This document shows, piece by piece, positions 1 to 11,499 of a stretch of 34,127 nucleotides of DNA (position 1 is its first letter; every line of letters begins with the position of its first letter). The notes under the pieces were generated by a model that did no database searches, was not told the origin of the DNA, and worked only from the letters and a program-made list of their open reading frames with translations. The position numbers and the translations under genes were made by a program. Where the stretch lies: assembly GCF_004010195.1 (NCBI RefSeq), contig NW_025215258.1:23059-57185 (forward strand), in the 5' to 3' direction. Source of the stretch: Chiloscyllium plagiosum (Eukaryota).

Positions 1-144
1 TAGCCTTAAATTACAATAGTTTTTGCACTTTTAGTCCCTATTTATTCCATTATTATAAGTTCTTCCCTTTCGAAACCCTTTGCGTTTTCTTTGAATTCCT
101 ATTTAATGGGCAAACGTTTTTTAAGAGATCTGCTCCAAATGCTG

Positions 145-800
145 TTACTAGCCATGTGTGGCTGAATGGACTCATAATCCTGCTGGTGTACAAACTCGAT
201 GGACTGATGTTTTTCTGGTGTTCCCATGTTGTCACCTCCAAGGCCAGAATGACCTCCTCCTGTCGATGTTTTAGAGGATTGGGAGATTATGGAATCTTCA
301 TGTTGCTGTCTAACATTTTGAGGGGCTGATGGGTCTTCTCATACTTCTCCATAACAGGTGGATATACTGAACGTCTTCTCTTGTTCCCATACAACAGACA
401 CGTGTCTAAATTACCTCTTCCTTTCTCATGAAAGAAGGCTCAGATAGTTTTTTATCCTTATCCAATTCCCTTGCAATAGGCTCGGTGGGTCTGAATGGCC
501 TCCTGTTATCCCAGTGTAACAATCCCCAGTCACTGTGTGACCTCTTCCAGTTCCTATGTTACAGACTTGCGGAGGCTGAATTGACTGATCCTGTTGCTGT
601 TTAACAGGATACTGGTGAAGCATGGCCTACTGTTATAGGCTCGAGTGCTTGATTGGCCTCCTTCTGTAAATGTATATCAGGCTCCAGGGGCTGACTCGCC
701 TCGTCCTGTTTTGGTGTAACAGGTTCGAAGGCCTGAATATCCTCCTGTTGTTCCTGTATAACAGGCTGGAGAACGGAATGGGATTCCTCCACTATCTGTG
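145..800 (+). repeat. Old degenerate ~42-bp tandem repeat array
   Basis: TAACAGG-like anchors recur at 517, 559, 602, 675, 717 and 759 (42-43 bp steps, one short unit), and more weakly at 311/352/392. Units resemble ctcgaggggctgaatggcctcctcctgttcctgtgtaacagg. Confidence 0.75.
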
Positions 801-829
801 TATTTCACTTCACTTGTTGACTACTTCTG

Positions 830-1062
830 TCATCTATGTTGAAATAAGATCATCCTTAATTTTTGTAAACTCCAATGGCTACTGGGTCAACCTGATCAAC
901 CTTTCGTTATAAGCTTGCACCTTCATTGCAGGAATCAGCTGGGGGCACCATCGCTGAGCTATGTACAATATAACAACATCCTTTCTTCATAGAACAGACG
1001 AAATCTGGACAGACTACTCCAGATGTGATCTCACTAAGACCCTGTACAGCAGCAGCAACACA
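830..1062 (-). mobile_element. CR1 LINE ORF2 C-terminal fragment (decayed)
   Basis: Reverse strand reads approximately LLLYRVLVRSHLE*SVQ..RKDVV..LIPAM..YNERL..LEF..DDLI, matching the CR1 motif LYRALVRPHLEYCVQFW...GDLIE. Confidence 0.8.
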
Positions 1063-1189
1063 TTACCAGCCTGCTGTAAGGTTCCCACCCAGGTTAGAGC
1101 AGTCTCAGCTCTCTGGGGGAATACAGAGCATTGTTGGAAGATCATTGTCCTTCTCTACTCCATCAGCATAACGGGAGATCTGGAGACAT

Positions 1190-1755
1190 TAAAGTTTGAG
1201 AAGGTTATAAATGATGTGGCGAGATGATATCCACCATTAATCTCCCCAGAGCCCACGTCGCTCAGATTCCACAGAATCTAGTAAGGTAGAATCGAGTAAA
1301 CAGCAAGGAGGAGCAAACAATAATGGGAGTTATATATCAAAGTGAAAGCTGCAGTACAAATGCTGGACATGCTATAAAACAGGAAATGAGATATACACAT
1401 TTGTGGATTCTTCAGTAATAATGTACTGTTTAAATTATATCTAAACTGTGTTAACCCAATTGAATGTTGATGCTGGGAAAAATGGATTTCATGACCACGT
1501 GTGAGATGGTTTGTGTTAACATTATGTTGAGCACTGAACTCGAGATCAGGTTATTTAGGAATTGGTGTGAGTGATCAGAAGAGCTAATTAAAACTTTTGT
1601 TGGAAAGGACCTTTTGGGAACAGTGACCACAATGTATTGGTTTTCTTTTGTGCTGTTTGAGGACACGACAGTTTTTGATTTATTTGAAGTAACCGTGATA
1701 AATCTGAATCATGCAGACCATGAAGGTGTGAAGAGAAAGTGGGGACGACAGATGC
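1190..1755 (+). mobile_element. CR1 LINE endonuclease-region fragment (highly decayed)
   Basis: ccttttgggaacagtgaccacaat at ~1609-1633 gives PFGNSDHN, the SDH motif of the APE endonuclease. The rest is heavily disrupted. Confidence 0.6.
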
Positions 1756-1761
1756 GGAGAT

Positions 1762-2420
1762 CAGAGTCGAAGAATGTGGTGCTGGAAAAGCGCAGTCAGG
1801 CAGCATACTAAGAGCAGATAAATCGATGTTTCGGGCATAAGGTGTTCATCAGGAATGAAGCTTATGGGCCAAGAGGGCTGAGAGATAAATGAGAACGTGG
1901 TGCGACAGGGGAGGTAGCTGGGATTGCGGTAGGTAGATGAAGGTGGGGTTGAAAGTGATAGGTGATTAAGGGAGACAGAACGCCTCATCTGCTGCATCCA
2001 TTAAACCCAATGTGGTTTTCTCTACATTGGCGAGGCAGGAGGTCAACGGGTAGATCATTTCAGAGAACATCTCTGGGACAGCCACATTGAACATCTTCAT
2101 CGCCTTGTGGCTGAGCACTTTAACTCCCCTTCCCACTCTGGCAAGGACATGACGGCTCTCGGCCTGATCCATCACCAAACCCGAGCTACCAGAAGCCTGT
2201 AGGAATAAAGTCTCCTCTTCTGGCTTGGGACCCTCCAACCACAGGGGATCATAGTGGATTTCCCCATTTCCCCATTTCCCCTAATCCCATCTTATCTCGC
2301 TCCAACCTTCCAAGTCAGCACCGCCCGTTTGAATGTTCCTGTGTGTCCACCTTCCTGCCTATCAATCTTGCCCACCCTCCTCTCCGACTATCACTTTCAA
2401 CCCCACCTTCATCTCTCTAT
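1762..2420 (+). mobile_element. Penelope-like element: inverted 3'-end copy followed by GIY-YIG C-terminus and 3' region
   Basis: From 2023 it reads YIGEAGGQRVDHFREHL...VAEHFNSPSHS...GL..H......L.F.LGTLQPQGI. Bases 1935-1961 are an exact 27-bp inverted copy of 2388-2414, the inverted pseudo-LTR arrangement of Penelope elements. Confidence 0.85.
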
Positions 2421-5400
2421 TAGATGAAAGGAGGCAGCTTAGAAAAATGCCAAGTGTTGCAGTTAGACCAGTGGATTCAGAGAGATGAATGACCCAGCAA
2501 AGGATGACCAAGAAACTGAGAAGAAAATCAAGAAGATAAAAAACGTGCAAACGAAAGAAAAAAAATTAAGACTGCTAAAAAGCGTCTATCAATGTATGAA
2601 AAAAAAACTAGGTCAAATGTGGAGCAATTGGTGTGCGTTCAGGATAATGTATTGCAGAGAACAGAGAAATCTCATGGATAAGCAACAGTTTCTTTGTGCC
2701 TATCTTCATGGAAGAATGTCCATAAATTCTTCCAGAAATACTCAGTGACCATGGGACTTGTGTAAGTAAAGTCTAACATCATTCTTATCAGTGTTGGGGT
2801 TATCTTTGAAAAGAAAGCTGGATTGAGTCTTAAACGTCTGACAGACTAGATGTACTTCATACAAGGATTTCAGAGGAAGCAGCAATAGACATGTTGAGTG
2901 CATCGCGGATTTTCACTTTATATTCTGACACATTCCAGAAAGAAATTTAGCCAATCTAGATAAGGAAAGGTTTATAAATATTATCCAACAGTTTAAGAAA
3001 GGATGAATTTGGTGAAGGGTGAACTACAGACCGGTTATCTTGTCATCCACAGTCAGGTATCTGTTGGACTCGATTACAAAGAACATGCTACTAGATATTT
3101 AGAAGGTATAACATAACTGGGGAGTGTGAGAATGTGAATGTACCGATGAAAGGAAAACCAGAAGTGGCAAACATTTTTTGGAAAGGTCTGAAGATGATTC
3201 TTGTGAACATAGGCAATGAAGAACCAATGTTTAACATATAGTTAGATATTCATGAGCTTTACTTTTCAAAGAACTCACACAGTAAGATCATAAGAAAAAT
3301 TAAAGCGAGAGGTATTGGGAAGAATATATGCAAATGGGAAAGTAAAAATTAGGTTTACATTCATGTGAATGTAATTGGAAGATAAAGGATATCGTGCACC
3401 AGTTGCATCGAGTATTCATAAGACTACACTTAGAGTATTTTGTATCGTTTGGAGTCCCAATCTAAGAAAGAATATATTGACGACAGAGGAACTGCAAAAT
3501 GTATTATCCAGATTAATGCCTAAAATGGCAAGATTGCCTGATGTGGAAACTCAGCCTGTGATCTCGGGTTTCAAAACATGAGAGGTGATTGCAGTGAAAC
3601 TTAGAAACATAGAGCGGACTGAATAACAGAAGGACATGGAGAAGTACAAGTAGTCGAGATCAGGAAGAATTCCGTGATATTCTGCACGGACAAGTCGAAC
3701 AGAATAAAGATCAAAGAAAGCTGAGTGGTCCATGATTCAGACGGATAAGATTATAAACGACATGGACAGGGTGGATAGACAGCAGCTGTTCCTTTTAGTC
3801 ANNNNNNNNNNNNNNNNNNNNNNNNNNNNNNNNNNNNNNNNNNNNNNNNNNNNNNNNNNNNNNNNNNNNNNNNNNNNNNNNNNNNNNNNNNNNNNNNNNN
3901 NNNNNNNNNNNNNNNNNNNNNNNNNNNNNNNNNNNNNNNNNNNNNNNNNNNNNNNNNNNNNNNNNNNNNNNNNNNNNNNNNNNNNNNNNNNNNNNNNNNN
4001 NNNNNNNNNNNNNNNNNNNNNNNNNNNNNNNNNNNNNNNNNNNNNNNNNNNNNNNNNNNNNNNNNNNNNNNNNNNNNNNNNNNNNNNNNNNNNNNNNNNN
4101 NNNNNNNNNNNNNNNNNNNNNNNNNNNNNNNNNNNNNNNNNNNNNNNNNNNNNNNNNNNNNNNNNNNNNNNNNNNNNNNNNNNNNNNNNNNNNNNNNNNN
4201 NNNNNNNNNNNNNNNNNNNNNNNNNNNNNNNNNNNNNNNNNNNNNNNNNNNNNNNNNNNNNNNNNNNNNNNNNNNNNNNNNNNNNNNGGATCATAGTGGA
4301 TTTCCCCATTTCCCCATTTCCCCTAATCCCATCTTATCTCGCTCCAACCTTCCAAGTCAGCACCGCCCGTTTGAATGTTCCTGTGTGTCCACCTTCCTGC
4401 CTATCAATCTTGCCCACCCTCCTCTCTGACTATCACTTTCAACCCCACCTTCATCTATCTATTAGATGAAAGGAGGCAGCTTCGAAAAATGCCAAGTGTT
4501 GCAGTTCGACCAGTGGATTCAGAGAGATGTAGGACCCAGCAAAGGATGACCAAGAAACTGAGAAGAAAATCAAGAAGAGAAAAAGCGTGCAAACGAAAGA
4601 AAAAAAATTAAGACTGCTAAAAAGCGTCTATCAATGTATGAAAAAAAATATAAAAAACAAGGTCAAATGTGGAGCAATTGGTGTGCGTTCAAGATAATTT
4701 ATTGCAGAGAACAGAGAAATCTCAGGGAAAAGAAACAGTTTCTTTGTGCCTATCTTCATGGAAGAATGTCCATAAATTCTTCCAGAAATACTAAGTGACC
4801 ATGGGACTTGTGTAAATAAAGTCTAACATCATTGTTATCAGTGTTGGGGATATCTTTGAAAAGAAAGCTGGATTGAGTATTTATAAACCTGACAGACTAG
4901 ATGTACTTCATACAAGAATTTCAGAGGAAGCAGCAATAGACAAGTTGAGTGCATCGCGGACTTTCACTTTATATTCCGACACATTCCGGAAAGGAATTTA
5001 GCCAATCTAGATAAGGAAAGGTTTATAAATATTATCCAATAGTTTAAGAAAGGATGAATTTGGTGAATGGTGAACTACAGACCAGTTAGAAAGGATGAAT
5101 TTGGTGAATGGTGAACTACAGACCAGTTATCTTGTCATCCTCAGTCAGGTATCTGTTGGACTCTATTGCAAAGAACATGCTACTAGATATATAGAAGGTA
5201 ATAACATAACTGGGGAGTGTGAGAATGTACCGATGAAAGGAAAACCAGAAGTGGTAAACATTTTTTGGAAAGGTATGAAGATGATTCTTGTGAACATAGG
5301 CAATGAAGAACCAATGTCTAACATATAGTTAGATATTCATGAGCTTTATTTTTCAAAGAACTCACACAGTAAGCTCATAAGAAAAATTAAAGCGAGAGGT

Positions 5401-5888
5401 ATTGGGAAGAATATATGCAAATGGGAAAGTAAAAATTAGGTTTACATTCATGTGAATGTAATTGGAAGATAGAGGATGTCGTGCACCAGTTGCATCGAGT
5501 GTTCATAAGACTACACTTAGAGTATTTTGTATCGTTTGGAGTCCCAATCTAAGAAAGAATATATTGACGACAGAGTAACTGCAAAAGGTATTATCCAGAT
5601 TAATGCCTAAAATGGCAAGATAGCCTGATGTGGAAACTCAGCCTGTGATCTCGAGTTTCAAAATATGAGAGGTGATTGCAGTGAAACTTAGAAACATAGA
5701 GCGGAATGAATAACAGAAGGACATGGAGAAGTACAAGTAGGCGAGATCAGGAAGAATTCCGCGATATTCTGCATGGACAAGTCGAACAGAATAAAGATCA
5801 AAGAAAGCTGAGTGGTCCATGATTCAGACGGATAAGATTATAAACGACATGGACAGGGTGGAGAGACAGCAGCTGTCCCTTTTAGTCA
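2246..5888 (+). repeat. ~1.6-kb direct duplication across an assembly gap (2246-3801 vs 4288-5888)
   Basis: Both copies start ggatcatagtggatttccccatttcccc and run colinearly to ...ttttagtca, with scattered substitutions and indels. They are separated by N-run 3802-4287. Confidence 0.95.
2421..3801 (+). mobile_element. CR1 LINE ORF2 remnant (linker, RT N-terminus, C-terminus; internally deleted)
   Basis: aactacagaccggttatcttg gives NYRPVIL (~3022). R.HLEY and RKNILTTEELQ..SRLMP appear at ~3420-3530. Many stops and frameshifts. Confidence 0.75.
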
Positions 5889-6150
5889 GAGGGTCAAGAA
5901 CAAAGGAGCACACTTTTCAAGTGAAACATTTCAAGTTCAGAGAGGATTTAAACTTTTTTCACCTCGAGGGTATTGTGTTCTGGGATTACTTCCTGAGAGG
6001 GGAATTATCACGGGTAACCTCACAATCATTAAAAAGTACTTGGACAAGCACTTGGAATTGTCATAACATTCCAGGCTGTGGGCCTGCTGTAGGGAAGTGG
6101 GACTAATGTAGATCGTGCTGTACTTCTGTTGGCACAGAGGCTATGCTCCT
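4462..6150 (+). mobile_element. CR1 LINE remnant (second copy) continuing into a CR1 3' end
   Basis: Duplicate of 2421-3801, then DRVERQQLSLLVRGSRTKEH and a CR1-like 3' UTR (gggcctgctgtagggaagtgggactaa). Confidence 0.75.
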
Positions 6151-6289
6151 ATGCGTGTATGGTGTGGAAGGTCAATTATTGAGCAGTTTAAGGCAGGAAT
6201 TGATGAATTTCTGAAGAGTATATTCGCAAGGGTTATAAGGGTAAACTGTAATAACTTGATAAACCATGTCAATGTGAAAAAGATGAGTA

Positions 6290-6733
6290 ACAAGTTCATT
6301 TTTCCTTACAGTTTGAAACCAGAGATTAGAGAATGGGGAACACGGAAATGGCAGAACTATAAAGCCACTACTTCCGTTCTGTCTTCACAGAACTTTCAAA
6401 TAATACAAGGAAAACCAAGTCTGGTGTGGGAAAATGATAGACTACATAGAACATAGAACATAGTAAGTAAATGGTTTAGGAGAAATTATTGGTGTTGAAA
6501 GTAATGATCATAGACAACACGAACATAGATTTATGAAATGGGAATTATGTTTGAGAAACAGACTGGGCGACAAATGAAAGAGAAGCAATGGATATAAGGC
6601 ATTTTGATTGTTAGGAAAGTGTTGGTAGAGCTCCAAGCCCAGTTTGCAAAAGCAAATCTGAGTGGATTGGGGCTAATATATGGATATGTTTCTAGAATTG
6701 GACAGTTGGCAGGAAACAGTGAATAGAAATAAA
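6290..6733 (+). mobile_element. Decayed CR1 linker/RT fragments
   Basis: ggggaacacggaaatggcaga, and at ~6665-6733 a degenerate GIG.N...W...W..GRKQ...IN RT segment. Confidence 0.5.
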
Positions 6734-9682
6734 CAGACTCGTCAAGCAACAGCCAGACATTGTCTGTAAGGTATGATTCTGTAAGGTATAAGTCCTTCCA
6801 CATTTAGTCAAGAAACCTTGGGGACAATTAAACAATTCACTGGAGGAAGAGATTCCACAAATAGCCCCTTCCTCCATGATGGAAGAGCCCATCAAATCAG
6901 TGTATAAGATAAGGCTGATTCATTCGCAACAATCTTCAGTCAGAAGTGCTGAGTGGATGATCCATTTCAGTCTATGTCCAAGATTCCCCATTACCTTCCC
7001 CAGATATTTTCTGTCTCATCAGCAGGACAGACACAGCAGAAGTGTCGGCATATTGGGATACAGTTGGAAGGGAATTGCACTTGACTCCGCATCCCATGAA
7101 GTTTCATGGCATGAGTTTGCACATGGGAAAGGATGACTCCTGCTGATTACCATGTACCAGCCTCTTTAAACTGATGAATCAGTACTCCTCCATGCTGACC
7201 AACACTTGGAGGAAGCTCTGAGGGTAGCACGAACGCAAGATGTACTCTGGGTAGCGGATTTCAATGTCCATTTCCAAGAGTATCTCAGCTACAGCATTAC
7301 TGATCGAGCTGGCCGGGTCCTGAAGGATATAACTGCTAGACTGGTTCTGCAGCAGGTGGTGAAGGAACCAACAAGAGGAAAATACGTATTGACCACAGCC
7401 TCACGAATCTGCCAGTTGCAGAAGTATCTGTCCATGACAGTATCGGTAAGAGTGGCCACCGCATAGTCATTGTGGAGACAAAGTCACACTTGCACATTGA
7501 GAATATCCTCCACCAATCTGGGTGGCACTATCACTGTGCTAAATAGGACAGACTTCGAACAGATCTAGCAGCTCAAGTCTGGGTGTCCATAAGGTGCTAT
7601 GGTTCATCTATAGGAGCAAAATTGTACACCCACACAACCACATGGCCTGGTATATCCCCCACACAACAATTACTCTCAATCCAGAGGATCAACCTTGGTA
7701 AACCGAGTGTGTAGGATGGCAGGAGCAGCACTGGGCACACCTGAAAATGAGGTGTCAGCCTGTTGAAGCCACCAAACAGGACAACGTGTGTGCCAAACAG
7801 CTTAAGCAGTAAGTGATAGACAGGGCTAAGTGATCCCACAAGCTAAGGATCAGATATAAGCTCTGCAGTCCTTCCACATCCAGTTGAGAAACAGTTGGGT
7901 CAATTAAACAATTAAACAATTAAGCAATTCACTGGAGGAAGAGATTGCACAAATAACCCCTTCCTCCATCATGGAAAAGCCCACCACTTCAGTGTATAAG
8001 ATAAGGCTGATACATTCGCAACAATCTTCACCTCCTCCAGTGGTCCTCAGTGAATCAGTTACCAGTCACCAACCAATTCGATTCAGTCCACGGGATATCC
8101 AGAAACCGTTGGAGATACTGGATACTCCAAAGAGTCCATACTCTGACAACATTCTGGCAATAATACTGAAAAGTTGTGCTCCATAACTTGCCACTACCCA
8201 AGCCAAACTGCTTCAATACAGTTACAACAATGGCTTTCCCCGATTATGTGGAAAATTACCCCAAGCATCTCCTGTTTATAAAAAGCAAATATATTTCCAA
8301 GTCAGGGATGGTGAATGGCTTGGAGGGGAACCTAAAGATGATGGTATTCCCACTCTGTCAGTCTACTCTCGATCATCAGTAAAGTGGTGGAAGGTCCCAC
8401 TGCTTTTAAGCAGCACGTGCTCAGCCATACCCTGGTCAATGATGCCCAGTTAAGGGTCCACCAGAGCCACCCAGTTCCTGACCTCATTACAGTGGTTCAA
8501 ACATGGACAAAAGAGCTGAATTCCAGAGGTGGGGTGAGAGTGACAATCCTTTAAAACGAGGCTGCCTTCTAACAAGTATGGCATTAAGGGGCCTCAGCAA
8601 AACTGCAATCAATGGGAATCAGGCGCAAACTCCCCGCTGGTTAGAATCATACCTGACACGTAGGAAGATGGTCATGGTTGATGAAGGTCAGTCAACTCAG
8701 CTCCAAGTCTGTAGGAGTCCCTCGCGCAGTGGCCAAAAACTTCTTCAGGGCTGCTTCATCAATGACCTTCCCTCCAATTTAAGGTCAGAAGTCGGGATGT
8801 TCGCTAATGATTGTACAATATTCTGCAACATTTGTGGCTCCTCAGATACTGAAGCAGTCCATGTTCAAGTGCGACAAGATCTGGACAGTATCCAGGCTGA
8901 CACGTGGCGTGTAATATTCAGGCCACACGAATGCCAGACCATGAACATCACCAATAAAATACAATCTAACCTGCCCCTTGGTATTCAATGGTGTTACTCT
9001 CACTGAATCCGGCAGTATCAAAGTCCTGGTGGGTAATCATTGCTGAGAAACCCACTGGTCTCGCCACATAAACACAGTAACTACAACAGCAGGTCAGAAG
9101 CTAGGAATACTGCGGCGAGTAACTCACATCCTGATTCCAAAAGTCTGTCCATCATCGACAATGCATAAGTCAGAAGTGTAATAGAAGACTCCCAATTTGC
9201 CTGGATGAGTGCTGCCCCAACAACACTCAAAAAGCTTTATACCGTCCAGGACAAAGCAGCCAGTTTGACTGTCCCTTCACCCACAATGCTCCACCATCAA
9301 CAGTCAGCAGCAGCAGCAGCAGTGTTTTACTATCTACATGCTGCAATGAAATGATTCACCAAAGATCCTCAGAGAACATCTTCCCAATCTCGACTACGTC
9401 TGTCTAGAAGGATAAGGGCTGCAGATGTATGGAAAAACCATTATCTTTAGGTTCCCCTCCAAGCCATTCACCATTCTGACTTGGAAATATATCATCGCTC
9501 CTTCATAGTCGCTGGATCAGAATCCTGGAATTCCCTCCATAATGGCATTGGAGGTCAACCATATCAGGTGGACTGCAGCGTTCAACAAGGCAGCTGGCTA
9601 CCACCTTCTCAAGGGCAACTAGGGACAGGCAATAAATTCTGGCCCAGCCAGTGACACCCAGATTCACGAAATAAAAAAAATA
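6734..9682 (+). mobile_element. Near full-length decayed ORF2 of a CR1/L2-group LINE (distinct family) with A-rich 3' end
   Basis: EN motifs RLVKQQPDIV (6735), HQQDR, VLWVADFNVH, LQQVVKEPTRG. RT motifs WLESYLTRRKMV and FINDLP..EVGMFANDCTIF (FADD equivalent). 3' tail gggcaactagggacaggcaataaattctggcccagccagtgacaccca...aaaaaaa. Confidence 0.85.
9305..9322 (+). repeat. (CAG)6 microsatellite inside the LINE
   Basis: cagcagcagcagcagcag. Confidence 0.8.
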
Positions 9683-9685
9683 GAA

Positions 9686-10852
9686 ATTAACAGAGAAAGG
9701 TTGCTGAGGTGTCCCAGGGATCGATGCTTGGGGCCCAGCTGTTCATAATGCCCTTTAAACATTGTGTTGCTGGAATCAGATACAATATATCCCAGCCTGC
9801 CGACAGCACTAACGGATGTGAGATTGTGAGTGGGTGAGGAGGATGTAAAAAAGCACCGAGAAGACTAAGAAAAGTGGAGTGAATGGGTAGATACGTGACA
9901 GATGGAGAACAATGTGGATAGAGGTGACAGTGTGCCCTTTGGTGGAAACAATAAATTGGCAGCCGACCATTTGAAAAGGTTTGGTGGAAACATGTTAATC
10001 CACAAAGGGGCGTATGCTCCTTTTTGTTATTTCCTTCTGCATGAACCTCTGAGGTCCCTGCAGCGCAGTGATTTCGACAAACAGAAGTCAATACTGGACT
10101 TGGCATTGTTACGCTGACCAGTTCACATGGACCCGCCAATTGGGGAGCTGTAACATTGAAAAAGATCTGGATCTCCTTGTACACCAGTCACTGAAAGCAA
10201 TATTTCAGAAACAGAAGGCAGTGAGGAAGATAAATGGTGTGTTGATCTTCATTTCAGGGGGATGTGAGTGCAGGAGAAAAGATGTCTTACTGCAGCTGTA
10301 CAGATCCTTGGAGAGATCCCATCTCGAACATTGTGCAGTATTGTGTGCAGGTTTGGTGTCCTTACCTAATAAAGGACAAACCTGACATTGATAGAGAGCA
10401 GTGAAGGATGAGCAATCTGGTCTCTGGGATGACGGGCTTGTTTTGGGAGCAGAGTTTGGGGTGACTGGGCCAGTATTCCATGGGGTTTAGGAAAATGAGT
10501 GGAGATCTCAATGAAATGTATAAAGCTCTGACAGGGTGAGACAGATTGAAAGCAGAGATGATAATTCCCCTGGCTGGGACGTCGAAAGCAAGGGGCCACA
10601 GTATTAGGTACAAGCAGGTCACTCTGCATTGAGATGAGAATAAATGTCTGCACTCACTGACTGGTGAACATGGGGAATTCGCTCGCACCTGGAAACCAAA
10701 ACACTGATTATAAATAAGGATTTAGAGACAGTAAAGGGATGGTGGGAGAGCAGGAATACGGCGTGGAAATAAAGGGCCAACCATCATTTCATTGAGTTGG
10801 GTAGCAAACTCGATGGACCAAACATACTACTGCACCTCCTATTTTATAGTTT
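9686..10852 (+). mobile_element. 5'-truncated CR1 LINE (RT C-half to 3' end)
   Basis: gtgtcccagggatcgatgcttgggcc gives VSQGSMLG (GVPQGSVLGP motif). Also KDVLLQLYRSLERSHLEHC, ggagatctcaatgaaatgtataaa (GDL.E.YK) and a CR1-type 3' tail near 10810-10850. Confidence 0.85.
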
Positions 10853-11159
10853 TCCAAGGTTACTCACATTAACAGATATGTATATAGTGTGGGGTAAGTG
10901 CACTGAGGAGATTTTTTCCATGAACTACAATGGGGGAGGCTCAATGCGTTGCATGATCTACTCCTTTCCCGCTGTTTCTGTGCAGTCTGTGTGAAAGCTC
11001 TGTAAATGTTGTCAAAAGCTCTCAGATGTTAGGAAGAAGGTCTCTGCAGGGTCGACAGGATTGTGTTCCCATTCCCTTTTCCGAAACTGATGCTGAGGCC
11101 GGGTGTTCTGTCCGGTTTCATCCTTTCAGAGCTCTGAGTAGTGAGATACAAATGAATGC

Positions 11160-11440
11160 TTTGCTTGGCCATTTCAGAGACCATTGAAATGTTTATCACA
11201 TGTCAGGGTGTTTGGAGTCACTTTTAACCCAGCCCAGGAAATCATGGGAGATTCACTTCCGAAAAGTACATTGGAGAAGGAAATTCTGTTGACAATCCAT
11301 ATTGGCTTCAAGATCACTATTACTGATCCCAGATATTAGATCTCGATATTTCATTAATTGTTTATAACTTGCACCCGCTGCTGGAGCATTAGCCTGGTCT
11401 GGATTAGTAATCCAGTGACATTTCCACAACACCATCTCCA
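11160..11440 (-). mobile_element. tRNA-derived SINE, decayed (possibly MetaSINE-like)
   Basis: Reverse strand starts ggtgttgtggaaatgtcactggattactaatccagacc (tRNA-like head). Later ...aatgtacttttcggaagtgaatct...gtgactccaaacacc...ctctgaaatggcc resembles the Meta-type core as I recall it. Confidence 0.6.
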
Positions 11441-11499
11441 TATGGGGACCTATTGTAAACCACACTGAGCAGGTTGTTTCTGTGCTGCTTGGCATCTCT

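Noticed and set aside
8503..9006. 167-aa ORF as a functional reverse transcriptase
   Set aside because: A frameshifted fragment of a decayed LINE; the catalytic FADD is FAND.
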